Shown piece by piece: positions 23,575 to 29,500 of a stretch of 32,000 bases of DNA. The position numbers and the translations under genes were made by a program. The notes under the pieces are model-generated. The model saw only the letters and a program-made list of their open reading frames with translations. It was not told the DNA's origin and searched no databases. Source of the DNA: an uncultured bacterium (lineage in GTDB: Bacteria; Patescibacteriota; Gracilibacteria; UBA1369; PNNO01); NCBI GenBank assembly GCA_963704705.1, contig OY969931.1, positions 30,001 to 62,000 on the forward strand, given 5' to 3'. Each line of letters starts with the position of its first letter. The first letter of the stretch is position 1.

Positions 23575-23937
23575 ATGCACCCTGACTTAAAATTAAAAGA
23601 CTTATTTGAAACTCTTATAAGAAAAGATGCCGCAAGTAAAGAGGCTGAAGATCCGGCTGCTGAAACATTTTTTGAATTGGAAGTCGCTCGTTTAACAGAT
23701 GAATTTCAGGGACGATGCATGGCTTTATTATCTGCAGTGCTTGAAATAGGTGATTATAAGTCAATTGTCCGTTATTTTGAATTGATTGAAGCATCTGTCT
23801 CTTCGGAATTTGTCACCCGGGTTTATACAGATTTATTTAAAATGCTTATAAAAGATGTACTTTTTAGAGCGGATCCAGCGATAAAGAAATTGATAATCGA
23901 ACAATTAAAGCTTTTTGGTGAGTCTACTGAAAAATAA
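23575..23937 (+). CDS. Hypothetical helical protein (120 aa)
   Basis: ORF starting 10 nt after the upstream stop, with helical-looking composition. No family recognised. Confidence 0.5.
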   Translation: MHPDLKLKDLFETLIRKDAASKEAEDPAAETFFELEVARLTDEFQGRCMALLSAVLEIGDYKSIVRYFELIEASVSSEFVTRVYTDLFKMLIKDVLFRADPAIKKLIIEQLKLFGESTEK

Positions 23938-23973
23938 TGGTAATATGGATTGGTATTTTAAGAATCCATATTT

Positions 23974-25332
23974 ATGAATTACGATCCCACCCGTCTTGAT
24001 GAGCTTAAATCCAAACTTGCAAAGCGCCCTGAAAATCTTACCGAAATCGGTATTAAGGATATTTTTGTTGGACCTGGTTTAAGAAATGACGTATCGAAAT
24101 TTATTCCACGTGGTTCTAAAGTGCTTTTGGTGATGGGTGATACTGATATGTTTGTTGATGATGAAAAAATTAAAGTAACGATTGAGAATAATTTAAAACG
24201 AGATTTTAAAGATTTAAAAAAATTTGTTTTTCAGAATCCGCATGCTGATTTTGAAAACGCAGGAAAGGTTAAAGCAGAGTTGGCTCCGGAAACAGTTGTG
24301 GTTTCAATTGGCTCAGGAACCATAACCGATATATGCAAACATGCCTGCTATATGTTCCAGGAAGAATCAGCTTGCGAACCTTTAAGATTTATTGTTGTTC
24401 AAACCGCCAACACTGTTACCGCATTTACCTCAAACATCGCAGTGTTATTAAAAGACGGGGTTAAGCGAACTTATCCTTCGCGCTATCCTGATTATGTTAT
24501 CAGTGATACTGAGATTTTACGCGATGCCCCTTATAAATTAACACAGGCTGGATTTGGAGATTTGATTGCACGTTATGTTTCATATCCTGATTGGTATTTG
24601 GGATACTCCGTTAAAAATCTCGCAATTTATAACGAAGTACCAAAAGAATTGCTTGATGATTCATTGGAGTGGCTTGTTGATAATGCCAATAAAGTGGCTG
24701 AGCGAGAACCTGACGCACTTGAGATTTTAACCAAAGCTTTGCTTAACGCAGGTATATCAATGTCTATAGTTGGTATGAGTACGCCAATAAGCGGATATGA
24801 ACATGTTATCTCGCATGTTCTTGATATGAAGGCAGGGATTGATGGCCGCGAAACTGATCTGCACGGAATTCAGGTAGGGATTGCATCAGTTTTATCAGCA
24901 TATGTTTATGAAGAATTGCTGATGATGAATGAATTAAATCTGAAGTTTCCGGAATGGACGGAAATTGAAAATCAAATCAGGAGGAATTTTTCCGATGCAG
25001 GTTTTAATAAGGGTTCAATTTTGGAAATGATTTCGGATTATAAAATAAAATTTGAAAAATGGATCTCGAATCGTGAAGAAATTTTAAAATGGGCAGCTGG
25101 CTGGTCACAAGAAAAATCAAAAATTTTTGGACTGATCAAAACCGGAGATGAATTAAAATCAGCTATCCAAAAAATCAAAATTAATATTGATCTTGATGAA
25201 GACTGGAAGCTGGCATTTATGAATGCACACTTCATTCGGCGCAGATTCACGGTAGCTGATTTGCTTTATTTCATGGGAAAACTCGATAGTGACTTATACG
25301 CGCGGGTGGTCAGGCGAATAGGCAATGGGTAG
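23974..25332 (+). CDS. Glycerol-1-phosphate dehydrogenase-like (AraM/EgsA, iron/zinc alcohol dehydrogenase superfamily) with long C-terminal extension
   Basis: SIGSGTITDICKHACY (GxGxxxDxxK nucleotide loop), TQAGFGDLIARYVSYPDW (metal Asp), SGYEHVISHVLDM and LHGIQVGIAS (metal His residues). At 452 aa it is longer than typical family members. Confidence 0.55.
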   Translation: MNYDPTRLDELKSKLAKRPENLTEIGIKDIFVGPGLRNDVSKFIPRGSKVLLVMGDTDMFVDDEKIKVTIENNLKRDFKDLKKFVFQNPHADFENAGKVKAELAPETVVVSIGSGTITDICKHACYMFQEESACEPLRFIVVQTANTVTAFTSNIAVLLKDGVKRTYPSRYPDYVISDTEILRDAPYKLTQAGFGDLIARYVSYPDWYLGYSVKNLAIYNEVPKELLDDSLEWLVDNANKVAEREPDALEILTKALLNAGISMSIVGMSTPISGYEHVISHVLDMKAGIDGRETDLHGIQVGIASVLSAYVYEELLMMNELNLKFPEWTEIENQIRRNFSDAGFNKGSILEMISDYKIKFEKWISNREEILKWAAGWSQEKSKIFGLIKTGDELKSAIQKIKINIDLDEDWKLAFMNAHFIRRRFTVADLLYFMGKLDSDLYARVVRRIGNG

Positions 25333-25336
25333 CCAA

Positions 25337-25391
25337 TGTATACTTAGTGTATACCCGACGTGTACCCTGATGATACCCGGTGTATATCCGA
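25337..25391. repeat. Five phased ~11-bp direct repeats (consensus TGTATACCCGA)
   Basis: TGTATACTTAG / TGTATACCCGACG / TGTACCCTGA / TGATACCCGG / TGTATATCCGA, with unit starts at 25337, 25348, 25361, 25371 and 25381. Located between the G1PDH-like stop and the trxB promoter region. Confidence 0.6.
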
Positions 25392-25472
25392 TGAACAGAC
25401 AGATGAATTTGCTTGAGAAGTCGCTCGGGATTTGTTAGTATTTCTAGGTTAAAAAATTTAATAAATTTTATT

Positions 25473-26393
25473 ATGGAAGAATACGACATTATAATAATCG
25501 GTGCTGGTGTTGCCGGACTAAGTGCTTCACTTTATGCTGCGCGCGGAGGAGCCAAGGCGGTTGTTTTTGAAAAAGAAGCACCCGGCGGCCAGCTTTTATT
25601 AACTGATAATATTGAAAATTATCCGGGTATTGAAGAAATTGGCGGAGTTGATCTTGCTCAAAAATTGATGAAACATGCAGAAAAGTTTGGAGGTCAGATT
25701 AAATATGAAGGAGTTCAGGAATTGGAACCACACGACGACCATGTTGTTGTAAAAACTAAAAGTGCTGAATATAAAGCTAAATATGTAATAGTCGGGCTAG
25801 GTTCAAATCCAAGAAAACTTGGCGTGCCCGGCGAAGATGAATACAGAGGCAAGGGTGTTTCTTATTGTGCAACTTGCGATGGCGCATTTTATAAAGATCA
25901 GGAATGTGTAATTGTGGGCGGCGGGGATAGTGCTCTTGATGAAGGAATCGCACTTACAAAACATGCAAGTAAAGTTACTATTGTTCACAGACGCGATGAA
26001 TTCACTGCTGAACAATATCTTCAGGATCTCGCTGAAAAGAACGATAAAATTGAATTTAAATTTGATCACGAAGTTAAAGAAATCCGCGGAGGTGAAGACG
26101 GCAAAGTTGACCGGGTACTTTTATATGATAATAAAAACGATAAAGAATATGATTATCCCTGCAAAGGCGTATTTGTATTTATCGGCTATACTCCGCGTTC
26201 AGAACTTGTTGAAGGCAAAGTGGATTTGGATAATGGATATGTAAAAGTTAATGCTCAAATGCAAAGCTCTCATCCGCGAATTTTTGCTGCAGGCGATATA
26301 AGAGTTGACGCAGTAAAACAGGTAATTGCTTCAGGTGGCGATGGTGCAACAGCTGCAATTTATGCGATGCATAATTTAAGGAAAGAAAAGTAG
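25473..26393 (+). CDS. trxB: Thioredoxin-disulfide reductase
   Basis: The internal ATG at 25473 gives MEEYDIIIIGAGVAGLSASLYAARGG (FAD GxGxxG). Also the redox CATCDG, the NADPH site VVGGGDSALDEG, and FAAGD. Confidence 0.9.
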   Translation: MEEYDIIIIGAGVAGLSASLYAARGGAKAVVFEKEAPGGQLLLTDNIENYPGIEEIGGVDLAQKLMKHAEKFGGQIKYEGVQELEPHDDHVVVKTKSAEYKAKYVIVGLGSNPRKLGVPGEDEYRGKGVSYCATCDGAFYKDQECVIVGGGDSALDEGIALTKHASKVTIVHRRDEFTAEQYLQDLAEKNDKIEFKFDHEVKEIRGGEDGKVDRVLLYDNKNDKEYDYPCKGVFVFIGYTPRSELVEGKVDLDNGYVKVNAQMQSSHPRIFAAGDIRVDAVKQVIASGGDGATAAIYAMHNLRKEK

Positions 26394-26417
26394 GTGTTGT
26401 TGGAAATCAGACAACAC
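26394..26417 (+). terminator. Weak hairpin after trxB
   Basis: GTGTTGT-tggaaatcag-ACAACAC (7-bp stem) directly after the stop. The downstream U-tract is poor (AAAATTCATTCTTTT). Confidence 0.3.
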
Positions 26418-26502
26418 AAAATTCATTCTTTTGTCATGAACAATTTTTATTTTATATAAGCCGAAAACTAAGGTTAGCACGAAATATTAGCATGAAACAT
26501 AT

Positions 26503-26530
26503 TTGCGTTATTGTAAAATATGGTGATAAT
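26503..26530 (+). promoter_or_regulatory. Candidate promoter for the RHS gene
   Basis: TTGCGT, 16-nt spacer, GATAAT. The -10 ends 39 nt before the ATG at 26570 and lies downstream of the alternative ATG at 26492. Confidence 0.35.
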
Positions 26531-26569
26531 TTTTTCTTAGGCTTTTTTACATTGCTAACAATCAGGCTT

Positions 26570-29500
26570 ATGAATTATTTCAAAAAATATTCGGCTGCAT
26601 TGCTTTGTTGTACGGTACTTTTTTCCATTGTTTTACCTGGTACGGTTTTTGCGCAGGATAGTATTGTTACTCGCGAAATTATTCCAACAGAAAGTGTAAA
26701 CAGGGAACTGCGGCTGGATAGACACACGGAATTTAATGACAATCTTGGTAAATTAGAAACTGAAGAACCTTTAATAGAAGAAAAAATTGAACCAAATGTA
26801 GACCCAAATACTATTGAACAACAGGAATTAAATCCTCCAGAAATTGAGATACCTGAATTGCCGGAAATACCTGAAATGCCTTCTCCCGAAGATTTAACGC
26901 CTATTGCAAGCAGCTTAACAGACCCGATTGATTTAATAGATAGAGTTGGCGAAGCTACACAAAAGGCTGATATAGAAGTTGTGAATTCAAATGGCTCTGC
27001 AAGTTATTCTAAAAATTTATATTTACCTCCAGGCAGAAATGGTTTTACTCCTTCGCTTTCTATTAATTATGACAGCGGGAATAAAAGTAACGATTCGATT
27101 GTAGGGTTTGGATGGAATTTGTCGCAATATTATATTTCTTTAAACCCGCGATATGGAGTTGATAAAATGTATGAAACTAATGAATTTGTTGCAAATACAC
27201 CTTTAGATAACGCAGAAATAATTGATGTAAATTTAACTGATTCAAAGCATGGAATTTACGGTGCAAAAATTGAAGTGGCATTTCAAAAATATGAATTTCT
27301 TTCAAATGACACATGGAAGGTTACCGACAAAAACGGCACACAATATTTTTACGGTCAAACAGCAGCATCAAGGCAGGATGATCCGAATGATTCGACAAGA
27401 ATTTACAAATGGATGCTGGATGAAATTAGAGATACAAACGGTAATTGGATTAAATTTGATTACTACAAAGATTCCGGACAAATATATCCGAGAAGTATAA
27501 ATTACACTGGCAATGGTATTGAACAGGGCTTGATGACAGTAAAATTTCAACCTTTTTACAATGGGCCTTCAACTGTCAGGAACGACAATATTACTAAATA
27601 TACTAACGGTTTTGAAACAACAACAAATTATATTTTAGATAATGTAGAAGTAGAAATTAATGGTAAAAATAACGGTCATTCGGTTTTGCGTTACGATTTT
27701 GACTATACAACAAGCACGAGTAATAAACGTAGTTTGCTTACTTCTTTTACTCAGGTAGGCATTGATGAGAATGGTGTTGAAACAGCACTGCCTTCAACCG
27801 AATTTGCTTATTCGGACGCCGGCAACACAAGCTGGGTTGAAGATACAAACTGGACAGGAGGTTGTATAATAGGAACAAAGCCATGGGGTGAACCTAATCA
27901 GGCTACACAAAACAGATTAATAGATAGAAATTATGATGGTCTTTTAGATTGCGGAATTGGAGATTATAATAACAACCAGGGGTCAGTTAATACGGGGTCA
28001 GGTTTTGATGTAAACGGTGCCAATTTAATGATTCCAGATCAGCTTTATTATGATTGGCCCAGTACAGCAATGATGGAAGTTAACGGAGATGGTAAGGTGG
28101 ATTTTGTTGAGTCAATTTGGGATGATCCCAGTACACATCAGCGCAGTTTGGATATTAGCGGTACAAATCCGGGTTTCACTAATAATTCAATTCCCACCCC
28201 ATTGTTTAAATATGGAGCGTACAGACAATTTGGTTTTAAATTCGCAGATTTTAATGGAGATGGTTTAACAGATTTACTTCAATTAAAAAAAGAATCCAAT
28301 ACAACACAAACACCCGCAGTTTGGCTAGATCAAAATATATATATAAATAATGGAGTAGATGGCTGGGATTTGGATACGGGATGGCAGTTTGATCCGAAAA
28401 TGTATTTTGTATATAACTCTTACAACCCGAATTTAACTAATAAAGATCATGTTAGTCATTATGACTCCGCTGTTTTAGATTACAATAATGATGGATTAAC
28501 AGATGTGCTTATTGAAGACCAATCCTCAAGTACTGGAATATATGTTTATCTTAATAATGGAAATAAAGGGTTTGAGCAGGTAAATATTTCAAATATTGAA
28601 CCTTATTATCTCGGATTACAAACAACGCGTGATTTTGGTATAAGAATGGTTGATTTGAATTCTGATGGAATGACAGACTGGCTAAGAGCTTATGAGCAGG
28701 GAGCAACTTATCTTCAATTTAAAACATTCGATACCAAAGATTATGTTACAAATAATAATTTCAATTATCCGGTTGAAGCACTTATTTCAATGGGCACAGG
28801 CCATTATCAGGGAGTTGAGTTGGCTGATTTAAACGGCGATGGAATGATCGATATAATTCAGGGAATGAATGATTCCAGCTTTATACCCGGGATTTATAAA
28901 TATCATGTCTGGCTTAATCAGGGCAACATACCTGATATGCTTGTTGGAATTGATAATAATCGCGGTGGGCAAACAACCCTTGAATATAAAAATTCGCCAT
29001 TATATAGAGATACAAACGGAAATCTTGAAAATCCAAATTTGCACCTTCCAAAGATGACTTTAAATAAAGTTACTTATTCCAATGATTTTGGTGATGATTA
29101 TATTGCGCAGTATAATTATGAAGATGGGGAACATATTTACGAAGATTCTTTCCATAATGAATTCGGAGGTTTTCATGTGATTACAAAAACAGACAATCTC
29201 GGAATTGTTGAAAAAACTTATTATCATCAGGGCGGTGGAATCGACGGATCAGCGCAGGGCGAATATAACGATCACATTTCCAAAAAAGGCAAGCCATATA
29301 GAATTGAAATTTATAAAGATAACGGCGGTGCTTTAAGCAAATATACCCAAACGTTATACAAATGGGAAAAAGCGGATTTGGGTAATCAAAGATATTTTCC
29401 TAAAATGACCCAGCAAATTGATTTTGTTTTTAATGTTGGATCTTCAAAAGCATCCGCAACATCAATAACTTATGATGACAATAATGGAAATATTATTGAA

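Noticed and set aside
25413-25472. A 20-aa extension of trxB from the listed start at 25413.
   Set aside because: TrxB proteins begin a few residues before the FAD GxGxxG motif. MEEYDIIIIGAGVAG from the ATG at 25473 fits, and the extension is not trxB-like.
26492-26569. An upstream in-frame ATG at 26492 as the start of the RHS protein (adding MKHICVIVKYGDNFFLGFFTLLTIRL).
   Set aside because: The ATG at 26570 yields a textbook Sec signal peptide (basic n-region, hydrophobic core, VFA/Q cleavage site). The candidate promoter (26503..26530) lies downstream of 26492. This start is not excluded, only less likely.
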